From Hormiphora californensis (Eukaryota > Animalia > Ctenophora), in the NCBI GenBank assembly GCA_020137815.1, contig CM035350.1:3906001-3970000 (forward strand): a stretch of DNA of 64,000 nucleotides, read 5' to 3'. Within the stretch, counting starts at the first letter, position 1. Every line of letters begins with the position of its first letter. The notes under the pieces were generated by a model. The model saw nothing but the letters and a program-made list of their open reading frames with translations, was not told the origin of the DNA and searched no databases. Below are positions 1-17,110 of this stretch, piece by piece. A program made the position numbers and the translations under genes.

Positions 1-526
1 AGAATGAAATGGACCGGATCGAATGGAATAGACTGATTCATTTTAAAACACTTTATTGATAGAAGTTATTTTATTCTGCTGATTTTATGTGATTTAGTGA
101 TAAGTAGTTATCACCGTCCAATTTGAAAGTTTCCATTTATTGGATGGTCGGTGGATTTTTAATAAAATGTAAATATCAGAATTATATACGCCTAACATGA
201 TGTGGTAGTCATACGCTCACGGCTCAATAGAATTAGTAGGTGATGTATATTTATCTTATATCAGAAACATGTATAAAATTTTATTGTGCTGTTACATCTT
301 TATTCTACTGTTTATGTTGCTATGAGCTGAATATGATTTGTTGCGTTTTACTAGCACAAAACGTACCCTTGCGTTTTTGCTCCCCTACCCCCTCCATAAT
401 ATATATCTCACTCTTTCCGTTACTGTACCTTCTCAGTTCTAGTTATATACCCTACCTTACCCCTCTCCTCGATGCCTCTCCATCCCCTTGTCCCTTCTAA
501 CTTTCCCTCTTCACACATCTAGGAGA

Positions 527-2860
527 ATGGTAGTAAATGGCCTCAATGATTTCATCTTCCACAAATGCCCCAACTCTGTGAAAACAATCCCAATTTGTGG
601 TGAACCGGGAACGAAGTACCTGGTGGACGGGTGCTCCTTCATAAACACAATTGTCAAACAGACCACGTGGGTATTTGGGGGTCAGTGGAAGGAGATCAAG
701 GAGAAAATTGAAAAGACTGTCGCTGGGTTACTCGAAGAAGGGTGCGGGGCTATTTTTGTTGTCCCTCACGACGAGGACAAGGTGACCCGGGCAGACCTAG
801 ATCAGATTCGTGTGGGCCTCGAGTTCATCTCCCAACACAACAAACTTCCAACATCCGATTTCTACCAGAGCCCCGTTGGGGTCTATGTATTCCTGGGACA
901 GGTACTGAAACATTACTGTGGTGATAAAATCGAGGTTATCTGTTCGGTGGCTGATTACGAGTTCGAGGTAGCGGCGTGGGCCAAAGTAAGGGAATGTACT
1001 GGATTACTAACTGATAATATGGAGTATGTGGTTATGAACACGGCACCCTGTTACCTTCTCTCATCCCTAAACCTACCCTCACATACAGTCACCATGATAG
1101 ATCGGGCAATGCTGACTAGACATGTCGGGTTGAAGGAGGGTACTCTGCCCCTATTGTCGTGTCTCCTTGGTAACGCTCACATGCCACCCGACAAACTAAA
1201 ACAATTTCATCGGAAACTCAGTAGTGGGCTGACCACGATTAAGGACGGGGGAAGCGCTAAACTAAACCCCGTTCTGGATATTCTTCCCCGTATTTGCATG
1301 TATGTCCGACCCCATACCGCACAGTTTCCAATGCTTGCTCGGACGGTGTTTAATGATTCCGAGCGGGCGGGTGAGTTGGAGGCGGTGGTTGGCCGTTACC
1401 AGTTGGCAGAGGTTGAGGAGGAAGGGTGGCTGCCCGGCGGTGCCCCTCCCGAGGCGCCACTTTATAACGTTCAGGTGCAGTTAATTACTAACCCATTAAC
1501 CATATTGATTTTGATAATGATTCATTTCCATACCATTCTATTTATTCTCCTCCATGGTTTCACTTTGTGTGCGTTTGTGTGTCATTATATTATGACGTCA
1601 TTATGTGACGTCAGTCATTTTGTGTGACGTCACTAACGAACCCTCCCCCGATTTCCCCAACCCCCAGGTGTATGAGGATGTATGTGCAAGACAGCGATCA
1701 TGTACAAGTGTTCCCTTTGTTCGGGATCTCCTCTACAGTTATACCTATGAGCAGGGCTGCACGGTGGAGTTTCAACCCAAAACCCCCTCCATGACCCTCT
1801 ACCAGCCCATCCGGCAGGCATGTTACAGCGTGGTCTTGGGTCCTAATGCCTCTGTAACGGAGAATTGTGCTGGGAGGAACACACAGACTGTACCGTGTGG
1901 GGAGCTAAGGGGGCGTGTTGATCTGGCTGCTGCAAGTGGAGAGGAGAAGAAAGTGGGGTGTCTTCGTGGAGTGTCTGGGAGTGACATTTAGTGCAGCCCT
2001 AGCTGCTGAACTACCAACCCAGTTCCTAGGGTTGTGCTGTATACTAAACTACTGGTACCACAGTGAGCAGATCGATCTTCAGACATGGGAGGTAGATGCC
2101 TTGATAGCCCAGGCTGTATCCCAATACGCCAAGGATGTACCCTCCATACAGCGGATACTGGTGACGGTTGTTAACCCCCGGGCTATAACCCTAGCTGCGC
2201 AGTTTGCAAGGGGTGTCGAGGCGGTACTGCAGACTGCCTCAATAACAGGCCTCCCTCTGGAACCCTCTCCTTCCCCATCATTACTTTGATGGACGGCTGT
2301 TTAGTTTCTACTACTACCTTGCCAGCCAGGGCAGCACGGTGGAGGCTCTGTGTGACTAATGATTCGGAGAGGGTAGAGTTGTTTGCATTCCTAAAGATGG
2401 TGATTAAGGAACAGAATCTGGCCTACAAGAACGATAAAAAAGAGAGCAGGAGGAGTATTGTACCCGAATATGAGAGTGTCAGTGACAGTAGTGAAAGTGA
2501 GGGAGAGGAAGAGAAGGATGATGAGGATGAAGGGGTCGATGTTGAACCAGTCTCAGAAGATGATGATACTGTGTTTAAACCCCCTCATTATGACGTCATA
2601 ACGTCACATCATGACGTCATAACGTCACCTCATGACGTCATACCGTCTGACAAAGAGATGATATCCCCTGAATGAGGAAGTTCCAAGGTTTAGACAGGAC
2701 TCAACGGGCTAGTGCAGTGTTCGAACTGGCTCGCCTTGCTATGCAGGCCCCCCTCTACCCTTCCGCCACTGTTCGAACCAAGAGACTATCGGACAAAGAG
2801 AATCATATGACAAATGGGGGTGGTCCCCTTGCGAAGCGATCTAAGAGTGTTGCGGACTGA
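527..2860 (+). CDS. FAM120/asteroid-like PIN-domain protein; 2 exons (intron 1475-1667), apparent frameshifts after ~1950
   Basis: N-terminus MVVNGL..YLVDG..WVFGGQW..ADYE..LLGN resembles the FAM120 PIN-like domain. C-terminal block LNYWY..WEVDALIAQAV..PRAITLAAQFARGV also fits. GT..AG intron visible; acidic tail. The 3' end is uncertain. Confidence 0.7.
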
Positions 2861-3556
2861 AATCACTATCTAGTCTCCCTGTGTTATTATCTGTTTGTAT
2901 GTGGACACCCAGGTGGTATATTTGTGTTCTTGATCCGTGACTCTATCTTTGTTGTTCGTTACCCACCCTCTCTATCAATATAACAACAAGTGTGTGTGTC
3001 GATAAAAACTGTGTTCTAAACAGCAGAAAAAGTGTGAAACGAGATGAATGATATTCTATTTTGACAGTTTAATTTATTTACAAAAGCCCAAATCTACCGT
3101 GTTTTCTATATTTTCTGTAACGCGATCTAGGTAACGGTATTGGGGCACACTAGGATACCCACACACTACCAAGTCACTAGCTCAACAGCTGTTCCACACA
3201 CCCGCCCCTCTGCAGCAGTTGTATCTCGATACTTGATGGAACGCGCGCCCTCTCTCAAAATAGTAAAGAGTGCGGCAGTTCAGCACTTCCAGCGCCCTCA
3301 ATGATCAGGGGTCACACAGACAGACCAACCACACGTTGCGTACACGCGATTTGTTGTGGGGATTTGTGCACACCAACAAACAAGATTTTACAAGAAGCAA
3401 ACTCGGTTTTTAGATTTAAAAGAACATGGTCGGTTGTAGTGTGTCCCAATAAGTTACAGTTAATAAATTAATAAAAAAGCTAAAAGAGTCTCTTTTGAGA
3501 AGTGACATTCGGAAGTTTTGAAAAGTGTTTTTTAGCTCGACAGCCCATCCTCTCCT

Positions 3557-4750
3557 CTATGCCTCGACAGGTTCTGCTTTCACTTTTTTCTTCTTTTTCT
3601 TCTTCTCAACAGCAGGTGTGACTGGCTCTTCAGTAGCTTCGACCTCCTCCTCCTTGATCTTCTTTTTCTTCTTCTTCTTCTTCTCACCGTTCTCGCCATT
3701 CAAGGGCTTGTTCTGCGGGGCAAATAATGAGGGTTAGAAACACTGTACATGATATGGAGAGTATGAACCATGGAAAGGGGGTTCAGGGATTTAGGTAGAA
3801 AATAAGAATTTGGTACTTGCCTCATCAGCCACAGCATCTCCATTGGTAGTAGAACTAATTTCCTCGATTTTAGGCTTCTTTTCAACCTTCTCCTCCTCCT
3901 TGGCTTCCCTTTTCCTCTTGCTACCCAACTGGGCATCAGTATCAGGGTTATAATTCTGTACTATTCCCGCACTCTCGAACCCTTTGTACTTGCTCTTACC
4001 AAAGCTACCGCCACTACTCTGCCGCTTATTCTGCTGGTTTTCCAGCTGCTTCAGCCTGAGTTCTACCTTCCCTCTGTTAGCAAAGGCCAACTCAGTGCTG
4101 CTCTCTCCCTCACCCAGGGCATCGTAACGGATTGCCAGGGACGCCTTGGCTGCCAACATTCTGGATATTTTACCCTTGTACTTGGGCTGGGACTGGCCGA
4201 TCAGAGAGGCGTGGTAAATTAGACCATATTTGGGAGTATCATGCTTCGTCTTGAGGGCCCTGTGGAGAACAAGTGGTTAAAAGTTTCAGTGTCACAAATA
4301 CTATGTGTCACAAATACTATGATATTATAGCCCTACACAACTTATCGTAATTACCTAAAGAGCGCTTTCTCAGCACCAAGAATCTGGACAGTAGAAGAGG
4401 GATACTTGGCCAAGTTAATTAGAGATCCAGCGTGAGCAATCAGTCGGGCACCCACCAACTCCCCCACCAGGATTGTGAGATTTGGGGCAATAGCGTTCAT
4501 CCTATTCTTCAGGTACTCGTAGAGTTGTGCCCGGTAATCCGAGATGGTGGTTATCTGTGTACAGAGATGTTGAATGTTCATGATATCTTCCTCACTTATC
4601 TCAGTTCCCATAGAGATCTCACTGTTCTTCTTGATGTCTTCCTCTACATCCTCCGTTACCAGTTCGGAGAAATCACGTGATACTGCGTTCGTCCTGAGAA
4701 GGGGGTGGTGTGAGCATCAGGGCCCGGGAGGGGGGAGTAGTTTGTGAGGT

Positions 4751-4827
<77 letters not shown>

Positions 4828-6181
4828 TTGAAGATAGAATGTTCTTCAACAGAAAGACATGACCTACCTCTCCCCAAGAAGGCTGACAACTTTAGCGAAC
4901 ACCAGATTATCAGGGATAATCTTTCCCAGTTCGGGGAAATGCCATCCGTACCACTCCCGGCACCTCATAATGTAGTTGTTCAACTCCTTGTCTATATCAT
5001 CCAACAGTGCTGAGAGGGAGATATTCAAGTTTTAGCAACATTTTGATTGGGATCTACAAGGAAAATTCAGAGAATTCGAGTTAGGGCTAGGTGTGTAATT
5101 AGGTTTATTTAGGAAGATGGTTCGAGTGTAAAACTAGGGAAAAATGGGGCAGCTGGTGTGATCAAGTTTCACCACACAGCGGGGGGGGGGGGGGGGGTGG
5201 TGGTGTGTCAAGGCGGGGGTATTTCGCGCGCTCTCTCATGTGTACCAATTTAACACGAGAGACAGCACCGCGCGCTACGTCTATCACAGGGAACAAAGTG
5301 TGACATTGGGACATGGTTTACACACAGTGACTACTTTCGAGCAGGTTATGGCTGAGAGGCCGCACTCACATACCAACAGTGACATTAAACAAGAACATTA
5401 CAGTAACTAGGTCTACACAGCCCCCCTCAACACTTACAGATGGCCTGGATTATCATGGTGTCAACTTTATCAGGACTGAACTTCAGTTTGTATCGGGAGA
5501 GAGAGTGGGCAAGACCGAGAGACATGAGTCCCATGTTTTCCTCGGTGACACCCAGTAGGGATGGGGCCTGCTGTTTTAGTCCTCGGTACAGTTCAGAGAT
5601 GGCGGTGTTAGTGACACAGGGTAGGTCCAGGGAATCCTAATGGTGAATAATGTTAGATGTCATGTGACTGTGTTAAAATTAAAAAGGGAAATTCGGGGGC
5701 ACCAATTCGTAACAAAGGGAATTTAGATGCATGCAAGAGAATTAAGAAATGATAAAAATACTCCCTTTTGAGTCTCGCGGCATATTCCGAACCATGAATA
5801 TGCCGCGAGACTCTAACCGATCTCCTTATCACTCCGCAGCAGGCAACGCAAAGCTGTCACCTCAAAAATGCACCCTCAAATTACCTTGATGGCCTTTCCT
5901 AGTGCGGCATCGGCCACAGCAATCTCCTCCTGTATACCAGCATCAATAACAACCTTCTTCAAGAATTTCTTGAGTCCCTTTCCAATTTTACCTAGACACA
6001 ACAGACACTAGTTTAGTGTGAGTGAGTCTGTGTGAAAGGAGTGCTGCCCTGTGTCTGTCTCAGCTAGTGCTAACACGCTACTCAGTGTAACACCGAGCGA
6101 AACAAGTATAGCAACTACATCACCGACATCACTTGTGATAGGGCAGTGTGTGACGTTGAAATGATATGAGAGAGGGAGAGG

Positions 6182-6221
<40 letters not shown>

Positions 6222-6974
6222 TAGAGAGAGAGTGAGAGAGAGTGAGAAAAAGATAGAGAGAGAGGAGAGAGAGAGAGAGAGAAAAAGATAGATAGAGGTA
6301 GAGAGAGATATATGGAGACTGGAGAGAGAGGGAGAGAGAAAAAATAGAGAGATAGAGAGAAAGAAAGGGATGTAGGGAGAAAGATAAAAGGATAGAAGTA
6401 AACAAAAAGAGAGATATTGATGGAGAAAGAGCGAGAGGAAGAAAAGATATGGTATGGTTCGGGGTACCTTCAATGAATCCAGTTGCAGCTGCCAGTGCCT
6501 CAGTATTATCCTTGAACTTCTTAAATGCTTTCAACTTTACAACCTGGGAGAGGGGAGGAATTGCTTATAGCTATCTCAATGGAAGAAACGTAATCAAGTA
6601 ATATCCCTAAACGAAATACAAATGGTGAGCTATGGAATTACCTTGCTAGCACCCTCAGCAGTTTCAAAATCCTTGTATAAATCATCGGACTTAGTTAATT
6701 TCTTCTCGTCCAACACCTGAAAGGAATTTTAAATTGTTAGATCATGGACTGGGTCACATGTCAACCAACTAACGAAAACTTTTAGTCTACCGTTATAGTA
6801 ACTACGAATCCGCTTCTGTCGAGTACAGATAATTTAGAATCACCTTGGAAAACTGTTGTTCTTTTGAAATTCGGAAGATCTAAAATTCTGAAAAATGCTT
6901 AAAATTCATGAACAATAGAAGAAACATACCTTGAACAGGGAGAGTCCTGCGGGTGTCTCGAACAGCACTAACAT
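3557..6974 (-). CDS. NOP58: Nucleolar protein 58 (box C/D snoRNP core), about 10 exons
   Basis: [10 protein letters not shown] start; [27 protein letters not shown]; [11 protein letters not shown]; [33 protein letters not shown]; [18 protein letters not shown]; [14 protein letters not shown]; K/E-rich tail ending in TAG at 3557-3559. Confidence 0.95.
4754..4823. repeat. (AG)n/(CT)n microsatellite; similar tracts at ~6170-6290, 19969-20080, 20457-20511, 58091-58145, 58983-59067
   Basis: Directly visible dinucleotide runs. Confidence 0.95.
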
Positions 6975-7253
6975 GTCTGCTACATTGGAAGTTGGGTTAA
7001 TAATTGGATTGAGCTTCTTCAATGCTCTTCAAGGGTACGATTAAGCTTGGTCAGGCTTCAGTGACAAGAGTAATGGACACGCCAGGGCGCGACAAAAACC
7101 AGACTGCCCGCTGCGTCACAGCTGATTAGTAGGTAAAGAGACTTTAAAGAATCAGCTGTAGCCACGCAACCTAAAACGTTGAATGAACCTGACGGTATAA
7201 CCGAGCCACCCTAATTCACTACCGAAGTCATCGGGCACCGGCACGACACGACA

Positions 7254-7521
7254 GGGCGCGATTATAATCTGGGTGTTTACAGGTGAGAGCTGCCAAAAAA
7301 GTACACCTAAAACAACTTAGACCGACTTTTTTCAAACGGTTATAGCCGTGCAACCACATGGCCACAGGCCAATTTGAGTAAACTAAACGGTATCTGATAG
7401 AGAAACGATAGCCCTAACCCCAAACAAAACCCTAACAACAGCCCTAACCCGTCTCAACCGCCAAAATCGATGAATTGTTAGCAATGGAACTATGGAAGGC
7501 ACCCAGATTTTAACGTTTTCC
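7254..7521 (+). mobile_element. MITE family A (~270 bp; GGGCGCGATTATAATCTGGGTG...GGCACCCAGATTTTAACGTTTTCC) with internal CCCTAAC motifs
   Basis: Imperfect TIRs; flanks gacacgaca/aacacgaca (8 of 9 match); homologous to copies at 38.8-39.5, 54.8, 57.2, 60.2 and 61.7 kb. Confidence 0.8.
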
Positions 7522-7938
7522 AACACGACACATCGGGCACCGGCGAAAACACGAACGGCGCGTAAAAAAGTTCTTGATCTGAAATTTTGAAATTTATTCT
7601 CATCCTGTGACGCGCGTATGTTGCGGCGCAGAATTTTAATTTTACTGCGTAATACATTCTTTTTACAAAATGCAGCGTAGATATTTTTCTAAATTTCCTC
7701 CCTATTTAATCCTGAACAAGATCTCATCATTGATATTTAACCAATCCATTCTTCCACAACCGTGATCTGCCCGCTGTATGTTTCCCCTTCACTGTTGTAC
7801 AGTAGGGCGTGTATGTGTGAGAGAGAAAGTGAGATTAGCAGCCAGAGAAGATATTAAAAATCTTGTTCCGATATGTGATGCTGCAATAGCTAAGGGCAAT
7901 GTTCAGGATATAGAGCGAGGAAATGTAGTTAAATTGTC

Positions 7939-8011
7939 GGCGGGGTAGCTCAAAAGGTAGAGCAATGGACGCGAAACCCAGAGGTTGTCGGTTCGAGCCC
8001 GGCCCTCGCCA
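7939..8011 (+). tRNA. tRNA-like or tRNA pseudogene, copy 1 (aberrant anticodon arm, nominal CGA)
   Basis: Acceptor stem GGCGGGG/CCTCGCC-A; D arm GCTC/GAGC; T arm GTCGG-TTCGAGC-CCGGC; T5 run just downstream. Anticodon stem is mismatched and position 33 is G. Confidence 0.6.
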
Positions 8012-8270
8012 GATATTTTTCTAAATTTCCTCCCTATTTAATCCTGAACAAGATCTCATCATTGATATTTAACCAATCCATTCTTCCACAACCGTGATCT
8101 GCCCGCTGTATGTTTCCCCTTCACTGTTGTACAGTAGGGCGTGTATGTGTGAGAGAGAAAGTGAGATTAGCAGCCAGAGAAGATATTAAAAATCTTGTTC
8201 CGATATGTGATGCTGCAATAGCTAAGGGCAATGTTCAGGATATAGAGCGAGGAAATGTAGTTAAATTGTC

Positions 8271-8343
8271 GGCGGGGTAGCTCAAAAGGTAGAGCAATGG
8301 ACGCGAAACCCAGAGGTTGTCGGTTCGAGCCCGGCCCTCGCCA
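8271..8343 (+). tRNA. tRNA-like, copy 2
   Basis: Same sequence as 7939-8011. Confidence 0.6.
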
Positions 8344-8602
8344 GATATTTTTCTAAATTTCCTCCCTATTTAATCCTGAACAAGATCTCATCATTGATAT
8401 TTAACCAATCCATTCTTCCACAACCGTGATCTGCCCGCTGTATGTTTCCCCTTCACTGTTGTACAGTAGGGCGTGTATGTGTGAGAGAGAAAGTGAGATT
8501 AGCAGCCAGAGAAGATATTAAAAATCTTGTTCCGATATGTGATGCTGCAATAGCTAAGGGCAATGTTCAGGATATAGAGCGAGGAAATGTAGTTAAATTG
8601 TC

Positions 8603-8675
8603 GGCGGGGTAGCTCAAAAGGTAGAGCAATGGACGCGAAACCCAGAGGTTGTCGGTTCGAGCCCGGCCCTCGCCA
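8603..8675 (+). tRNA. tRNA-like, copy 3
   Basis: Same sequence as 7939-8011. Confidence 0.6.
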
Positions 8676-9210
8676 GATATTTTTCTAAATTTCCTCCCTA
8701 TTTAATCCTGAACAAGATCTCATCATTGATAGATAAATAAAGGTTCTGAAAAATGTAAATGTTTTGAAAGTCAGTTTTTGTTCCTTTTTTAATTTTTTTC
8801 TCTCTTTTTTAATTTTTTTCTCTCTTTTTCAAACTTTCCTCCGTAACATTTATGTTTTTAGTATGTGTTGTAGTCTGTAGACTCTCTCATAGAGTGTATG
8901 TCCACACCACGGACCACACATTTGACCTGTGTTGCTGGGAAATGTTAAAACGCGTTTAGAGTATCCGTACTTACGGCTGGGGTGGGGCAAAGCCTTTGCC
9001 GCAAAGGTAGGGTCAGGCCTCGGGGCTGGGGTTCGGGATGTACTAGTACTGTAACTGTAGTGAGGGATTGAGATGAGCTAATAGCTATCAGATAATCTTT
9101 GAGTTTGAACCAAAACGCGTAACAGAATTTTTATTGAAATTTGGGTAGAACTTGAGAATAGAAGTAATACCTCCTTCCTCCTTTTCTTATTTCTTCCGAA
9201 TCTGTTTTAG

Positions 9211-9948
9211 ATGGCAAACAAATTACCGCTCGCAAAGCACCTCATCAGGTCGGTACTTGTCACGGGTACCAACCGAGGAATTGGGTTGGAGCTGGTGCGG
9301 CATTTCGCGAAGGAACGCCGTGCTGGGCAGGACATAAAAATTATCTCCTGCTCTCGAACAATTAGTCCGGAACTCGAGGAGCTCCTTGAAGATGTTTATC
9401 ATTTTGAGTTGGAACTAACTCGACCAGCTGATGTGGCCTCCGTAGCGGGTGTTGCTGCTAACATATTGGAGGACAGGGGGCTTAACGTTCTTATCAACAG
9501 TGCCGGAATTCTGAGAATGGGCCAGGGAGTAACGGGGTGCTCTCACGAGGAATTAAAGGAGGTCCTGGACACAAACCTGATCGGGGTCCATTCTATGACA
9601 TCCGCATTTCATCCACTGTTAAAGCAAGCTGCCCCCTCGGCTGGGGTGTTTAACATATCAGCTGAAATTGCGAGTATTGCTGGAACTAACATTGCTAATA
9701 AAACAGCATATCGAATCAGTAAAGCGGCGCTGAACATGCTCACAAAGATCACAGCGGCCGAGTTTAGGAGGGATAAGATCATGGCCCTGGCAATCCATCC
9801 GGGATGGGTTCAGACGGATTTGGGGGGACCTAAAGCTCCCCTTACCCCTGAGCAGTGTGTACAAGATTTAGTGGAATGTATTGAAAACTGTGGTAGAAAG
9901 GACAGTGGGAAGTTTGTTAAGAAAGGACTCGTTGAGATACCGTACTAA
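9211..9948 (+). CDS. Short-chain dehydrogenase/reductase, C-factor (CsgA)/sniffer-like, intronless
   Basis: VTGTNRGIG Rossmann motif, LINSAG, YRISKAALNM catalytic YxxxK, IHPGWVQTDLGG. Confidence 0.92.
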   Translation: MANKLPLAKHLIRSVLVTGTNRGIGLELVRHFAKERRAGQDIKIISCSRTISPELEELLEDVYHFELELTRPADVASVAGVAANILEDRGLNVLINSAGILRMGQGVTGCSHEELKEVLDTNLIGVHSMTSAFHPLLKQAAPSAGVFNISAEIASIAGTNIANKTAYRISKAALNMLTKITAAEFRRDKIMALAIHPGWVQTDLGGPKAPLTPEQCVQDLVECIENCGRKDSGKFVKKGLVEIPY

Positions 9949-10173
9949 ATAAGAAAAGGGGGTGGCGAATTGTGAGCTGAGTGACCCAGTTCACAACTAT
10001 TAACAATCTCCCGGCCTGGTATATGCTGGATTAAACCAATTTTAGAGACCCTCTGTATGTGTAAATGTGTTTTACTGTTTTGTGGTTTATTTTCAGTACA
10101 CAGTTATCGTTTTCAATAATTTCTGTGCCCACTTTATTCGTCCCCCTCTCTCCATCTCCCTCTCTAGGTGATT

Positions 10174-15411
<5,238 letters not shown>

Positions 15412-15725
15412 GGGATCTGAGGAATTTTAATTTATTGTTTTAGTTTTTAACAGGAACCAAGTTCCTTATTTTCTTGATTTTATCAGTGTTTGTTCAGCGT
15501 TACGGAGGCTGTGAACTCAATGTAACGCGCGTTGATGCGAGTGTAGAGTTTAGTGCGCAAAACGCGCGCCAAATTCCCACGGTCAGGCACACTCACACAG
15601 GAATCTTCAGTGACGACCCTCTTCATGTTTCGAAGTTGGTTCTCCTCGCCCCACCTATCTCCTCTCTCTGTTACAAACTGTAACTTACAGTTATCTTATA
15701 ACCATCTCTCATCACTAGCTCCAGT

Positions 15726-17067
15726 ATGTCAATACAGCGGAAACTGAGAACGCTCCAGCATCCAAACCCCGACCACATTTCACTTACAAACGATGATGAT
15801 ATTATGAACCTTGTCCTCTGGATAGAGACTAATAAAGTCAGGTAAATTTTTCTGGGGCTTTGCTGGTACTGGTAACTTCACGGTAGTTTGTCTGCTTCTG
15901 CAGCGTAATTACCAAACAATTGCCTCCATACACAGGGCCCACGGAATGGGCCATGATACAGTGATACGAGACTGTACTTTCTTTACCAACGACTTGTTTC
16001 AGGCACTACCCGACCACTGCACAAAGAGAAGAGTTGAGAGATAAGGGAGAGTGGAAGAATAGAATTGCAGGGTACCTCAAGGAGCTGAAGTGTCCATATG
16101 GGTTCGAAAAGTTTCGACCTGCTGCCCTCGATTGGCTGTGCAGCTATGCAGTTAGATTAGAGTACGCTACAAAACAAGACCAAATAAGGTAGTGTACTAG
16201 TCTTGTACTAGTCTTGTATGTGGGGTTCTTGTCAAGCTCTCCCAGTACCACATCTGACCCTCGCTTACTTACTTACTTACTAAATATATTGCTTTAGACT
16301 CAATTTTGTAAGAGATAAAATCTATTTATATTTCATGTTTCAGTGTTGTTACTCCAACGGTAGGAGAAGGGTCGGGTAACACGGGGAACTGTGCCCCGAT
16401 TGATGTAAACAGTATACAGTTTAAGAATGGTGTAATGCAACTAAGAGAGTGGCTAAACATCCCTGAGCACTATGATTATCTCACGGTATGTGGGTGTGTC
16501 TCACAAAATACCGCTCTCTCCGAACTGAGCTTTGTGTGCGCGATGTATGACATTTTATTCTATAGCGTACTTTGTTCTGGATTTCGTTGATTATTTTCCC
16601 GTCTCCCTATACGTTGTTACAGGTGCTGAAGGCTTGTCGGATACTGATAGAGAAGCGATGTGATCCTGACTTTATTGTACCTAACGGTGACCCTATGACA
16701 CTGAGCAAGAGTGAGGTATGGTACAATGGAAGGGCCACTCTTCTCCATTCAATGCTTTGAGCTTTCTTTTCTCCACTACTCTATCTAATCTTGCCTAGCT
16801 CGACCCCCCTTTTCGCCAGCGAAGGAGGGTCTAGGGAGTTGATAACAACTCTAACCATAATTGGTATCATGTAACCCTACTTACCTTTAGGTTGGGGTTG
16901 ATACGGGTGGGGACAGAACACTAAACGAAATAGCCAAAATACTCCGAGTCTTACACATCGAGGAACTGAGACAACTACAAACGCGAATCAATGAAGCAAT
17001 TGTCTCAGGTCAGATCAAGACAGCCGACCCCAAAACGGACACTAAACTAGGTCAAGTGGGTAGATAA
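15726..17067 (+). CDS. RTRAF: RNA transcription, translation and transport factor (C14orf166/CGI-99), multi-exon
   Basis: MSIQRKLRTLQHPNP..LVLWIETNKVR; YLKELKCP..DWL..AVRLEY; LRVLHIEELRQLQTRINEAIV..TADPKTDTKLGQVGR*. Confidence 0.9.
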
Positions 17068-17110
17068 TATGAGGACTCGATATATAATGTATTCTTTGAG
17101 TAGTTTGGGG

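Larger units (their letters stand above)
7679..8731 (+). repeat. Tandem array of a 332-bp unit (3 full copies plus ~53 bp), each containing a tRNA-like sequence
   Basis: AGATATTTTTCTAAATTTCC recurs at 7679, 8011, 8343 and 8675; units look identical by eye. Confidence 0.95.

Noticed and set aside
1950-2700. Programmed frameshifting or pseudogene status for the FAM120-like gene
   Set aside because: Similar single-base indels appear in NOP58, RIOX1, RTRAF and the GPCR, so assembly error is more parsimonious.
7410-7452. Interstitial telomere
   Set aside because: CCCTAA motifs are dispersed inside MITE family A, not a tandem (TTAGGG)n tract.
9211-9948. Bacterial origin (HGT) of the intronless SDR or NIF3L1
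   Set aside because: Both families have animal members and splice acceptors before the ATG; lack of introns alone is insufficient without a phylogeny.
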